Source: a virus. Taken from it: a stretch of 64,000 nucleotides of DNA. The DNA is taken from IMG/VR virus record IMGVR_UViG_3300017963_000225, positions 1 through 64,000 of that record, one strand, 5' to 3'. Position numbers and translations under genes: made by a program. Positions 7,882-16,487 of the stretch are shown here, in pieces. The notes beneath the pieces are model-generated. The model saw nothing but the letters and a program-made list of their open reading frames with translations, did no database searches and was not told where the DNA came from. The first letter of the stretch is position 1. Each line of letters opens with the position of its first letter.

Positions 7882-8787
7882 ATGAACAAAGAAATCGACC
7901 TGGCCAAGCTAGAGAGCCTTGTGGGCGGTTACGCAACCAAACCCGTCAACACCCTAATCGACGGAGTGCCTGACGTGATTTACCACGGCGGACCCGGAAT
8001 ATCGAATAGTGGCCTAAACGTGTTGGCACGTTCGCCGGCCCACTATCAGGAAGCACTGAGGCGCCAGCGCGAGCAGGCCGAGAAGAAGGCCAGCCGAGCG
8101 CTCGACCTCGGCACCGTCATGCACCTTGGCATCCTCCAACCCGAGCTTATGGACACCATGGTCGCCAAGCGCAAGAAAGTGGACGGCCGGACTAAGGAGG
8201 GAAAGGAGTACAACGCTGAATGGGAAGCCGAGCACGCAGGCAAAATAGGAATAACCAAGGATGAGCACGACAACATGATGTTTTGCGTCGATGCCGTGCG
8301 CTCACATCCGGTTGCAGGACCGCTTCTGCAAGATGGCTGGGCCGAGCAGTCAGCTTATTGGACTTGGAACGTGGACGTTGGTGAGGAGATTCCCGTGCTT
8401 GCGCGCGGGCGGCTCGACTGGCTGAGAAAGGACGGAACGATTGTAGACGTAAAAACCACCATTGATGCCGATCCTTCCGAATGGTCCAAGTCGGCTGCGA
8501 AGTTTGGATATCATCGCCAAAATGCCTGGTACAAGGGCGGGCTCAGCCAGATCCTCGGAGCCCCGGTGCCTGGATTCTTCTTTGTTTGCATCGAGAACAA
8601 GGAGCGACCGTTCGGTATTCGCGTCCTCCAGCTCGACGAACAAGCACTCATGACAGGACAGCAAGAACTTATGAGCTATTTAAGCGCATATGCACGTTGC
8701 GTCAAAAACAACGAGTGGCCAAATTATCCATCCGAGCCAAAGAGAATCAGCCTTCCACACTGGTATAAAGCCAAGATCACGTTCTAA
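7882..8787 (+). CDS. RecE/exonuclease VIII-like PD-(D/E)XK exonuclease (DUF3799-like)
   Basis: YH...ISNSGL..L.RSPAHY, GT.MH..IL.P, E.S.YW, RGRLD, IVDVKTT, YHRQ.AWY; adjacent to the recombinase. Confidence 0.9.
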   Translation: MNKEIDLAKLESLVGGYATKPVNTLIDGVPDVIYHGGPGISNSGLNVLARSPAHYQEALRRQREQAEKKASRALDLGTVMHLGILQPELMDTMVAKRKKVDGRTKEGKEYNAEWEAEHAGKIGITKDEHDNMMFCVDAVRSHPVAGPLLQDGWAEQSAYWTWNVDVGEEIPVLARGRLDWLRKDGTIVDVKTTIDADPSEWSKSAAKFGYHRQNAWYKGGLSQILGAPVPGFFFVCIENKERPFGIRVLQLDEQALMTGQQELMSYLSAYARCVKNNEWPNYPSEPKRISLPHWYKAKITF

Positions 8788-8799
8788 AGGAGAGTGCAA

Positions 8800-9744
8800 A
8801 TGAACAACTGGAACAATGCCCCGCAAGGTCAGAACGCACCAAGGCAACAGCCGCCGCCACCGCAAGCACCATTTGCCGGCGCTCAGCCAGCACCGCAGCC
8901 GACACGCTCGCTGGTCGGCTCGCTGACGGAGCAGCACCTTGCCAACATCCTTATCAAGGATGCCAAGATCGCCTTCGAGCTGAATTTTTTGAAGCTCCTG
9001 GCGAGAAAGCACGCCAACGTCGAGACGGCATTCTTTGTGGACTTTCTCTACAAGGCGCAGCTTTACGGCGCCGATCCGCGCCGCGACCAAATTTACCTTG
9101 TCACCTATAAGAAGAAGGAGAGGGGACCAGACGGCAGATGGGGCGAGCGTGAAGTCGCCAACGTCGTGTTCAGCTATCACTTCTATATGGCTAAAGCGGC
9201 TGCCAGCGGCTACCTGGCATCGACTCCGACCGTTCACACCGAAGTGATTGACTACTTCGACGTGAAGTCAGGGAGCTTTATTAAAACCATTGCGGCTTGC
9301 GCTCGCGTGAAGCGCCATGGCGCGACAAACGAGGCCGTCTATTGGGCACGCTTTCCAGAGTTTGCTAAAACCCGCCATGGCGAGAATGGACCTATCCTTG
9401 TCGGCCAATGGGCGGAAAAACCATACCTCATGCTTGAGAAGTGCGCGCTCGCCTGCGTGATGCGCCTGGCCTTCCCTGACGTGCTTGCCGGCATGTATGT
9501 GCAGGAGGAAATTACCGGCGAGGAGAGCCGCGACGGCGACGAGGGCATCGAGCTGGAGGCTAAGGAAGAACTCAGCATCGATGCGCCTCCGACCGGCCGT
9601 CAGCTTGCGCTCGATTCGGCGCCGGAATCGATCGACGTAATTGTCCAAGAGCCACGGTACGAGCCGGTTCGCCAAATCAGGAATGCCGCCGACATTCGGC
9701 AAGCCTTTAACGACATTCCGCCACCTGACAGCGGAGGGCGTTAA
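8800..9744 (+). CDS. RecT/Bet-family single-strand annealing protein
   Basis: GADPRRDQIYLV, W.EKPYLML.KCA...MRLAFP..LAGMY..EE; follows the exonuclease. Confidence 0.9.
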   Translation: MNNWNNAPQGQNAPRQQPPPPQAPFAGAQPAPQPTRSLVGSLTEQHLANILIKDAKIAFELNFLKLLARKHANVETAFFVDFLYKAQLYGADPRRDQIYLVTYKKKERGPDGRWGEREVANVVFSYHFYMAKAAASGYLASTPTVHTEVIDYFDVKSGSFIKTIAACARVKRHGATNEAVYWARFPEFAKTRHGENGPILVGQWAEKPYLMLEKCALACVMRLAFPDVLAGMYVQEEITGEESRDGDEGIELEAKEELSIDAPPTGRQLALDSAPESIDVIVQEPRYEPVRQIRNAADIRQAFNDIPPPDSGGR

Positions 9745-10133
9745 TGGGCAAGTGCATACGATGCGGCAGGCACTTAAAAAATCCAGACAGATTGGTCGGG
9801 AGACTGTGCGGTATGGTGCTGGGCTTATCGGTCAAGAATCAGTTTCGATCAGAAAAAACTGACGTTCCGGAGCACTGGAAGGTTATGACCAACCTCGCCA
9901 TGCGAGACATGCTCATGAAAGGCGAGGCGATCGACGTAAGCCAGTTCGATCGTACTCGACCCGAAGGCTTCTACGTGCTGCCGGACTTCAACGGCGACAA
10001 GGACTACTGCGACGCGCAGCGCGAGCTGTGGATCATGTCGATTGGACAGCACAAGAAAACTCGCCAGATCCTAGCCTCACCGACGACTGTCTTATTCCGA
10101 CACCCTGACTACGAGTGTTTGTTTCTCCGCTAA
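9744..10133 (+). CDS. Hypothetical protein with N-terminal CxxCGRxL Zn-finger-like motif
   Basis: MGKCIRCGRHLKNP; TAATG coupling. Confidence 0.55.
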   Translation: MGKCIRCGRHLKNPDRLVGRLCGMVLGLSVKNQFRSEKTDVPEHWKVMTNLAMRDMLMKGEAIDVSQFDRTRPEGFYVLPDFNGDKDYCDAQRELWIMSIGQHKKTRQILASPTTVLFRHPDYECLFLR

Positions 10134-10160
10134 ACATTCCCGCCACACTTCCCACCGCCG

Positions 10161-10190
10161 AGGGCGTCCAGAAATGGGCGCCCTTTCTGT
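10161..10190 (+). terminator. Intrinsic terminator at the convergence of early and late regions
   Basis: AGGGCGTCCA-GAAA-TGGGCGCCCT followed by TTCTGT. Confidence 0.6.
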
Positions 10191-10196
10191 CAACTG

Positions 10197-10460
10197 TCAC
10201 TGCTGACACCTGACGCACTCGTCAACTGACGGCTTGCCGCTATCGCTGCGATAGCGCCACCACTGCACCGATTCGATGCAGATCAAGACGAGCCAGTTTG
10301 CCATGAGTGGCCACAATGAGTAATGCCATGTGTAAACCAGCTTAACCACGCATCCGATCAGCCCAAGCAAATGCAGAAGCCCCCTATCCTTCACGAGAAA
10401 ACTCGTGATGAAGATAGAGGTCCCCAGCCACCCCAAGGTTGTCCACATGGCCTCGGTCAT
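10197..10460 (-). CDS. Small inner-membrane protein (about 3 TM, YgjV-like)
   Basis: Hydrophobic LGWLGTSIFITSFL, LHLLGLIGC and WPLMANWLVLIC segments; ATGA coupling. Confidence 0.6.
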   Translation of the reverse strand: MTEAMWTTLGWLGTSIFITSFLVKDRGLLHLLGLIGCVVKLVYTWHYSLWPLMANWLVLICIESVQWWRYRSDSGKPSVDECVRCQQ

Positions 10461-11020
10461 TTTGAAAACACCACAACCCAATAGTTGTTTACGACCGCAG
10501 CGCCCATCGACCGATTTTGTGCGTCTAGCATGGCTGCGCGATGCCCTGGACTAGCAAGCCATCCGTTTACGGCTTCCCGAGGGTTTCTGTGACCACACGC
10601 AATGATTTCGCTGCCGCTCACCATCTGAAAGCCGCATGCCTCGACGCGATCGACGAAGCTGGAGCTGTCGCCGCCAGCATGGGAACACATCCTTCGAGGG
10701 CCTATGTCATCGGCATGTCTTTGAGACGCGCACGAGAGAGCTTCCTCGGTCGAAAGAATGGGGAGGCTTCTGGACGCTCGCTCGCCATTAATGAGGAGGT
10801 AAAGCTTTGCTATTTCCTCCGTTGGGATCGGTGGAAAGTCAGGAATGTCTGGCGGGATCTCAGGCGGCAGGTCTGGCTCCTGAGGCAGTTCTGGTGGAAC
10901 GGGCCACACTGGCGGTGACTCGTCGGGAGTAGTTGGCTGCGGCGGCTGCGGCTCGTCCGAGTCGTCAGATGCACATCCGACTGTGGCCAATAGCAGTGAA
11001 AACAAGATTTTTTTCACCAT
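10457..11020 (-). CDS. CAP/SCP-domain lipoprotein
   Basis: Lipobox TVGC; Pro-rich linker; LINGER...A.RHA.D...SH.G.D...R...EIIA...AVNGWLASPGHRAAML. Confidence 0.88.
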   Translation of the reverse strand: MVKKILFSLLLATVGCASDDSDEPQPPQPTTPDESPPVWPVPPELPQEPDLPPEIPPDIPDFPPIPTEEIAKLYLLINGERASRSLPILSTEEALSCASQRHADDIGPRRMCSHAGGDSSSFVDRVEACGFQMVSGSEIIACGHRNPREAVNGWLASPGHRAAMLDAQNRSMGAAVVNNYWVVVFSK

Positions 11021-11391
11021 GACTGTTCAAACTCCCTTAGCTTAGAGACAAACTCGTCGAGCGAATACACCACGGCCACCTTGCATCCAGCCGAAATCAA
11101 TCGCTTATGCCAGTCCTTTTGATGCTTCTCGACACGGCCAGCAGGCAGGCTTTTGAACATGGTTTTTTGAGCGGGCGCCTTCAGCTCAAAGCCGTAGAGA
11201 GTTCCGGGACGGCTCCTCGAAATCACTACGATGTCGGGAAATCCGCGCATTGGATTGGCTGAAAACGACACCTTGGTTTTTCCACCACCCCTAACGATCG
11301 GCGACAGCGGCACGCGCCAATGCTCGAAACCGCTGTGCTCAAGCCAACCGAGCACTGCTTCGAGAACATAACCTTCACGAGTTTTTGCCAT
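11014..11391 (-). CDS. VRR-NUC family nuclease / resolvase-like
   Basis: E..V, GFPDI, FELKAP, Q..WH..L...G..VAVVYS. Confidence 0.8.
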   Translation of the reverse strand: MAKTREGYVLEAVLGWLEHSGFEHWRVPLSPIVRGGGKTKVSFSANPMRGFPDIVVISRSRPGTLYGFELKAPAQKTMFKSLPAGRVEKHQKDWHKRLISAGCKVAVVYSLDEFVSKLREFEQSW

Positions 11392-11605
11392 CTGCTTTCT
11401 CGTCTAGCCAAAGGACGACCGTTCGGCCGCCGTGCTCGTGAATGGCGATCAGGGTTTCAATGTCATCGTAGACGGCAACGCTGGTAAACCGCGTCAGCCA
11501 GTTGAGGGCGCATTTGCCGTTGGCGAATTGAACACCCTCGGCCACGATGCCAGTCCCGCTGACGCCGCTCACGTCCTCTTTGCGAGCCAGGTGAAACAAC
11601 CTCAC
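11375..11605 (-). CDS. Conserved phage hypothetical protein
   Basis: F.L.R.EDVSGVSGTG.VAEGVQF..G...L.W...HGG.T pattern recognised from phage proteins; GGAGGAG SD. Confidence 0.7.
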   Translation of the reverse strand: MRLFHLARKEDVSGVSGTGIVAEGVQFANGKCALNWLTRFTSVAVYDDIETLIAIHEHGGRTVVLWLDEKADGKNS

Positions 11606-11748
11606 GTTGTCTCCTCCGCCTTACGGTTAGGACACTCAGGCTTCTCGCACGGCGGCTTGCCGGCGCAGCGGTTGCGTTTCCCGAGTTTCCCGACAACCCA
11701 AGGAAGGACAAAACCAACAATACGAATTATGTCCCAAAATTTGCCCAT
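11602..11748 (-). CDS. 48-aa amphipathic/cationic peptide, candidate lysis accessory
   Basis: Below the ORF-track cutoff; MGKFWDIIRIVGFVLPWVVGKLGKRNRCAGKPPCEKPECPNRKAEETT; TAATG overlap with the amidase stop and GTGA overlap with the next gene. Confidence 0.65.
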   Translation of the reverse strand: MGKFWDIIRIVGFVLPWVVGKLGKRNRCAGKPPCEKPECPNRKAEETT

Positions 11749-12398
11749 TAGAGGCTCCCGAACATCGCTGATTTTTCTTCAAGTTTCTTACGAAACTCTC
11801 GCATGCTTGTTGGCAGAACGCCACCCGGATCGTACTTTCGACCGAGTGGAAGCGCTGCCTCGTCGTGACCAGCGATATTCTGCGGATCAATCCCGAGGGC
11901 GATAAACCACAAGCAGACATGCTCAAGCATGGTCACTTGTTTATCGGTCGCTTTGTCCCACCACCACATCTTCCCGTCGATGTTGTCTTTACGATATTCG
12001 GCATCCAATGAATCGACAGGCTCGCCTGACCACGACGACAACGACCCGTCTTCTTTTGATTCGGTCAGCCACCCCCAGCTAACCAACGCGATAGCCACAT
12101 GCCGTCGGTTTGGCGACACGCCGAGCCATGAAGCATTGCCGGCATGAGAAACTGCATTGTTTAGGTAAGCCGTCTGCGTGACCATCCCATCTCTGTCGAT
12201 AATGAGGTGATACCGCAAGTTGTTTTTTTTCAACTCGCGGAACACCCTGGAAATGTCTCGGTCGGCTGTATAATGAATCGTGATGCCTTGCGGACCACTG
12301 CTACCGAAAGAGTTCTTGAGGCCGAGGCCCGGCTCCTCGATTCGACCAACGAATGGGTAAATTGGTGGGATCAATCCATTTTTGGTTTTCGCAGTCAA
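11748..12398 (-). CDS. N-acetylmuramoyl-L-alanine amidase (Amidase_2), putative endolysin
   Basis: ITIHYTA, YHLIIDRDG...Q, SHAG, IAGHDE...RKYDPG. Confidence 0.9.
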   Translation of the reverse strand: MTAKTKNGLIPPIYPFVGRIEEPGLGLKNSFGSSGPQGITIHYTADRDISRVFRELKKNNLRYHLIIDRDGMVTQTAYLNNAVSHAGNASWLGVSPNRRHVAIALVSWGWLTESKEDGSLSSWSGEPVDSLDAEYRKDNIDGKMWWWDKATDKQVTMLEHVCLWFIALGIDPQNIAGHDEAALPLGRKYDPGGVLPTSMREFRKKLEEKSAMFGSL

Positions 12399-12703
12399 CT
12401 TCCCTCCAAATACGCCAAGAGCTTCGTTTTGTATTCAACCGGCAGTGTTGCAGGCGACGGTGGCATGCGTCCACTTTCGATAGCCGCCTTCACCTTCGGC
12501 GTCTTAAACGACGATTTTTTTGATAGGTCGAGCGGTTGTTTGACTCCGTTGTGACATTTAACACACGATTCTTTGACAATTGGCTTGATCGCGTCCCATT
12601 CTGGATCGCCCATCTGTTGGGGGGACGGCTCGCTCGATTCGTCATGGCCGCAACCAGTCGCCAAAAACAAAGCCATAAATAACCAGCCAACAAGCCTGAA
12701 CAT
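12395..12703 (-). CDS. Monohaem c-type cytochrome lipoprotein
   Basis: Start reassigned to ATG 12703 (AGGAG SD); lipobox LATGC; IKPIVKESCVKCH; distal GRMPP Met ligand. Confidence 0.8.
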   Translation of the reverse strand: MFRLVGWLFMALFLATGCGHDESSEPSPQQMGDPEWDAIKPIVKESCVKCHNGVKQPLDLSKKSSFKTPKVKAAIESGRMPPSPATLPVEYKTKLLAYLEGS

Positions 12704-12722
12704 CGTTTTTTTTCTCCTGTAT

Positions 12723-14609
12723 TCATCGTGGATCTTCAAACAGTCTTAGGTCGGCGATCACCGCCTGCAACGCCGTTGCGAACGTCTCGAATGGAATTGT
12801 CCCACCTGCAAAAAGCTGACCCCATTGGCTTCTCGCTGTCTGACTCTGATTGAGAATGATCTGGCACTCGCTCTTTCGTAGCCACAAGGTCCCGCATACC
12901 TTCGCCATATCCCATGGCAGAAGGTGTGAATCAGAAGCTGCCGTCACGGGCTCGGTTTGCGCCGACGTGTCAAGAGTCGTAAACCCGAGTCCTTTGAGCG
13001 ATTCAAAATAGTTGTCGTTCTCCAGTTTGATAAGCTCATTCACAACCGGCTGACTGTCGTACACGGCAAGAATCAGGTCGCGGTCATCCTTAAACTCCGA
13101 GCCATTCGCTGTGACGATAGCTCGTATTTGATCGGTGACTGGAAGGATGCCGGAAGCGTGACAACGGAAGCATGAGATGCCGGCCTGGATCTCTGACGAC
13201 ACAGGACTAACGAAATCACGCACGACGTTGACAGGAGCAACGTTCTGGAGCTGGTCGAGGTCGCTCCTGACAAAAACACCGTTGTTCACTGTCTGGCGAG
13301 CGTTGAACAAAGTGTAGCCTTGCAGTCCGTTCGGCAGCGTGTGGATGCACTCTCCCGCGATAAACTGCGCGTTGAGTTTGCCTCCAACGTCACCCAGTAA
13401 TGGAAAGTTGGAAAATGTTTTTTCTGGCGTGTCTATCGGGCCGGTGTCGTAAGTACACCACAGGCTTCCGTCTCGTGAGTCGTGAACGCTCAACATGCGG
13501 TTGTGAGGCGACAGCGGTGAGCCGACAAAAGCAGCGAGCGTAGCCTCGCGCTGCTGAAGGTCCTTAGCGTAGTCCACGCCGATCTGCTGAATGAACTGAT
13601 CGAAGTTGGCGGCCGTTTCCGTCAGGTTGTAGTAGACGGCAGCATTCCGAAACCCAGCGTCGATTAGTGAGCCGACGTGAAGCCACGGCTTCCGCGTGCC
13701 GGTGAGCAGCTTCAAAAGGTCGCCTTTTGAGGTCCTGCTCTCGATGTTCACCACGTCCGCGTTCTCGACCGCCTGCCATTCGCCGGCGTCGATCGCCACG
13801 TCGTCAAGGTCGAAGCGCCAAATGCCAGGGGCCACCTCGACCAGCTCGGCAAGCTCACGCTCAGTGCTCAGGCTATTGATGGCCTTCAGCGCCGCCTTCT
13901 CGTACAGCTCTAGCTGCTCGTCGGTGCCGCCGCTGTTGATAACGTCAGTCGCGACGAGGTATCGAGTCGTCACCCGGTTTTCAATACTTACCTTTGTCGT
14001 GTCCGTGATGTCCGCGATAATGGCCGCTTCCGACTCCTCGAAGGACTGAAAATCGAAGTCCCCCTCTCCATCACCCGGCTCAGCAGGCGACGGGCAAAGG
14101 CCGTCGATAATCCAATTCTCAAATGCCGAAATCTCATCGTCGGTGAGAGACGAATTTTTCGGCATGTGCTGCGGATCAGAAGGCGCGAGCCTGAAGCGCC
14201 TCAGGTACTCATCTGAGGAATTTTTGGCCTTCTCGAAGCTGTCGTAACCTCGATGGCACGAGCCAGTACAACTGCGCGTCAAAATCGGCTGCACGGTCGC
14301 AAAGGTCGTGTCGCCCGGAGCGCAATCTGGCGGTGGTTGTGTCTCGCAAGAATTCACCGCTTCTTTGTAGCCATCTGCCGTGCATACCAAAACAATGGTG
14401 CCGTCCTCACCCTCGCCGCAATCAAGCTCCTTGGTGCTGCCGATAGGATCGCTGTCGCACGACAACAAAGGCGCGGCGACCTGTACTTGCTCTTTCTCCG
14501 TCGAGCAGCCGGTCAACCTGTCGAGAAACACGGTCAATATCGAGGCGGTGATGAGAATTGTGGACAGTTTAAGCAAACGCCGAGCATCGCGAAGCTGTTG
14601 CTCTGTCAT
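12723..14609 (-). CDS. Large membrane-anchored/lipoprotein c-type cytochrome (two putative haem sites)
   Basis: N-terminal hydrophobic segment ending LTGC; VQPIL..SCTGSCH...HMP...L...EI..F..WI.DG cytochrome domain; second motif SCFRCH. Confidence 0.72.
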   Translation of the reverse strand: MTEQQLRDARRLLKLSTILITASILTVFLDRLTGCSTEKEQVQVAAPLLSCDSDPIGSTKELDCGEGEDGTIVLVCTADGYKEAVNSCETQPPPDCAPGDTTFATVQPILTRSCTGSCHRGYDSFEKAKNSSDEYLRRFRLAPSDPQHMPKNSSLTDDEISAFENWIIDGLCPSPAEPGDGEGDFDFQSFEESEAAIIADITDTTKVSIENRVTTRYLVATDVINSGGTDEQLELYEKAALKAINSLSTERELAELVEVAPGIWRFDLDDVAIDAGEWQAVENADVVNIESRTSKGDLLKLLTGTRKPWLHVGSLIDAGFRNAAVYYNLTETAANFDQFIQQIGVDYAKDLQQREATLAAFVGSPLSPHNRMLSVHDSRDGSLWCTYDTGPIDTPEKTFSNFPLLGDVGGKLNAQFIAGECIHTLPNGLQGYTLFNARQTVNNGVFVRSDLDQLQNVAPVNVVRDFVSPVSSEIQAGISCFRCHASGILPVTDQIRAIVTANGSEFKDDRDLILAVYDSQPVVNELIKLENDNYFESLKGLGFTTLDTSAQTEPVTAASDSHLLPWDMAKVCGTLWLRKSECQIILNQSQTARSQWGQLFAGGTIPFETFATALQAVIADLRLFEDPR

Positions 14610-14650
14610 GGGGCACCTATTGTGTTGTTTATGAGAGAATTATACTGCAC

Positions 14651-15688
14651 TTACAGGAAATAGTGAAACATCAGCGCGCCGCTGTTGGACGCTTCACCTT
14701 GCGAAAAGCTTCGCTTAGCTTGAGCGAGAAGCTCAAAGTGAGGGCGGGGAAACCATGAAGAAAATATTCCGAAACCGTAAAGATCGCCGTTCCTGTCCAA
14801 TGTTGGGCCGAAGTGAACGCCTCGATAATACTCCCAACCTAACTTAGCAACCGCGAGGTCTGTCGCCTCTCCGAATTCAAAATTTCGATCGTACTCAGCC
14901 AAAAAATAAAGGCTTTCGTCGGCGGCGGTAATCACATGCGCTCCGAGCGCCGTCTGCTCCCCGAGCTTGAGAAGGCTGAAACCGACCTGTGTCCTGTCTC
15001 CGAGGTAAAACGCCGACCGCACGGTGCCGCCGCTGCGCTCGCCGGACACAACCACAAATCCGTCGCCATCCGTCCCGACAACCGAGGCTCTCTTCCCGTA
15101 AACGCCGGAAACGAGCACCTCACCCCATTTGGTGACGAGGGCCGCTTCTGCGTTGTATGTCTCGCTGCCCTGCCCGAGCCCTAGCCCAAAGCGCGTTGGC
15201 AGCGTGTGGTCGGGAAAGTTGACGCCATACGCCGGAATGAAACGACCAAACCTAAAGTAAACATTTTCAATCGGTTGCACTTTTAGGTAAGTACGGCGAA
15301 ACTCCGAGTGACTGTCCCGCCCATAGAGGCCGACGGATCCAACCAGGGTAATCCCTTCAAATGGCATCACGGCGGCTTCGAGGTCCTTGTGCATCCAGAA
15401 CGGCCGCCCTTCGTCAGGGACGATCCAGCGGCTGTCGCCGCCGACCTCTACCCACCCGGGCAAGCTGGCGCCGTGGATGACGTTCTCCTCGCCCTTGCGC
15501 GACCAAGTGGTCATGGTCCGGCTCGCGCCGCGTCCATAGGTCGTCAGGACGTTGCCGCCGACCGCGCCAGACACATGGCAGGAAATGCACGACGGATATC
15601 CGTGGCGCACGAACTCTGGAAACGCCACGGATATCGTCGAAAACATCGCGCCGCAAATCAGCGCCGCTATTTGAAGCAAAATCCTCAC
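14651..15688 (-). CDS. Outer-membrane beta-barrel protein with N-terminal haem c motif
   Basis: Signal peptide; FPEFVRHGYPSCISCH...LTTYGR; alternating beta-strand pattern; aromatic C-terminus MFHYFL. Confidence 0.72.
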   Translation of the reverse strand: MRILLQIAALICGAMFSTISVAFPEFVRHGYPSCISCHVSGAVGGNVLTTYGRGASRTMTTWSRKGEENVIHGASLPGWVEVGGDSRWIVPDEGRPFWMHKDLEAAVMPFEGITLVGSVGLYGRDSHSEFRRTYLKVQPIENVYFRFGRFIPAYGVNFPDHTLPTRFGLGLGQGSETYNAEAALVTKWGEVLVSGVYGKRASVVGTDGDGFVVVSGERSGGTVRSAFYLGDRTQVGFSLLKLGEQTALGAHVITAADESLYFLAEYDRNFEFGEATDLAVAKLGWEYYRGVHFGPTLDRNGDLYGFGIFSSWFPRPHFELLAQAKRSFSQGEASNSGALMFHYFL

Positions 15689-16209
15689 TTTGAGATGATC
15701 CCTCTGACGATCACCGTAACATCCTTGGCGACAGTGATTTTCCCGTATTGGGGGATGCCAATCGCCGGATAATCAGTCAACGACACGACAAACTCAGCCC
15801 ACAGCTTGTTTCCCGACAAGCTCGCCAGTCCGCTGATTGGCTTCGTTTGTCCTTTCAGCGTCAGCTTCCCGGTCCAGGCAAATTTGTCTTTTGACACCTT
15901 CACCGGATCAAGAGCCAAGACCGCCTTCGGGTGAGCGGTCGTGTCAAGGTACTTGACCTTCATGTGGTCGTTTCGCAGCTCGTTTCCGGTGTCGAAGTCA
16001 GACAAATCGCACTCGAATGTTCCGCTGACCATTCCCTTCTCGTCAATTTTCCCGACCCCGGTCGCCTTGCCTCCTTTGCCGAATATTTTCACGACGCCAA
16101 GAGTGCTCTCGGCGCGCCATTCAACCTCGGCCCCTAGCTTCGCATCCGTTGCCGTCGCGAAGCTGGCTGAAAACCACGAGCACAGAATGAGAAGAATAAA
16201 ACGAGACAT
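15685..16209 (-). CDS. YceI-family periplasmic lipid/quinone-binding protein
   Basis: Signal peptide; DTGNELRNDHMK..YLD...HP, G.LTLKG.TKP, L.DY..IG.P. Confidence 0.88.
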   Translation of the reverse strand: MSRFILLILCSWFSASFATATDAKLGAEVEWRAESTLGVVKIFGKGGKATGVGKIDEKGMVSGTFECDLSDFDTGNELRNDHMKVKYLDTTAHPKAVLALDPVKVSKDKFAWTGKLTLKGQTKPISGLASLSGNKLWAEFVVSLTDYPAIGIPQYGKITVAKDVTVIVRGIISK

Positions 16210-16217
16210 TCGTCCCC

Positions 16218-16475
16218 TCACTTTTCGATGATTGCGCTGACAAGGGCCAGCACCGATTGCAAGGAACGCTCAGCCACTGCCGTCATCTCTTCGGGAGCGG
16301 CCGACCTAAACTCATCGTCGATTTTATCGCTTCCTTCAATCGCTAGACGAGCCGAAGCAATCAATGGAGCAAACTTCGGAATGTCCATCCAATTAATCAC
16401 GCCGTCGGCCTTGGCAGCCTTGATGGACTTCGCCAGCTCATCCACGAGCGCCAGCATTTCCAGTGTCTCTTTCAT
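16218..16475 (-). CDS. Helical hypothetical protein
   Basis: AGGAGG SD; ADGVINWMD motif; 85 aa. Confidence 0.6.
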   Translation of the reverse strand: MKETLEMLALVDELAKSIKAAKADGVINWMDIPKFAPLIASARLAIEGSDKIDDEFRSAAPEEMTAVAERSLQSVLALVSAIIEK

Positions 16476-16487
16476 CGCATACCCTCC

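Noticed and set aside
12395-16209. Cytochrome/YceI block as host chromosome flanking a prophage or as contamination
   Set aside because: It is co-oriented with and overlap-coupled to phage genes on both sides, with no integrase, att-like boundary or housekeeping genes. A read-level check is still advisable.
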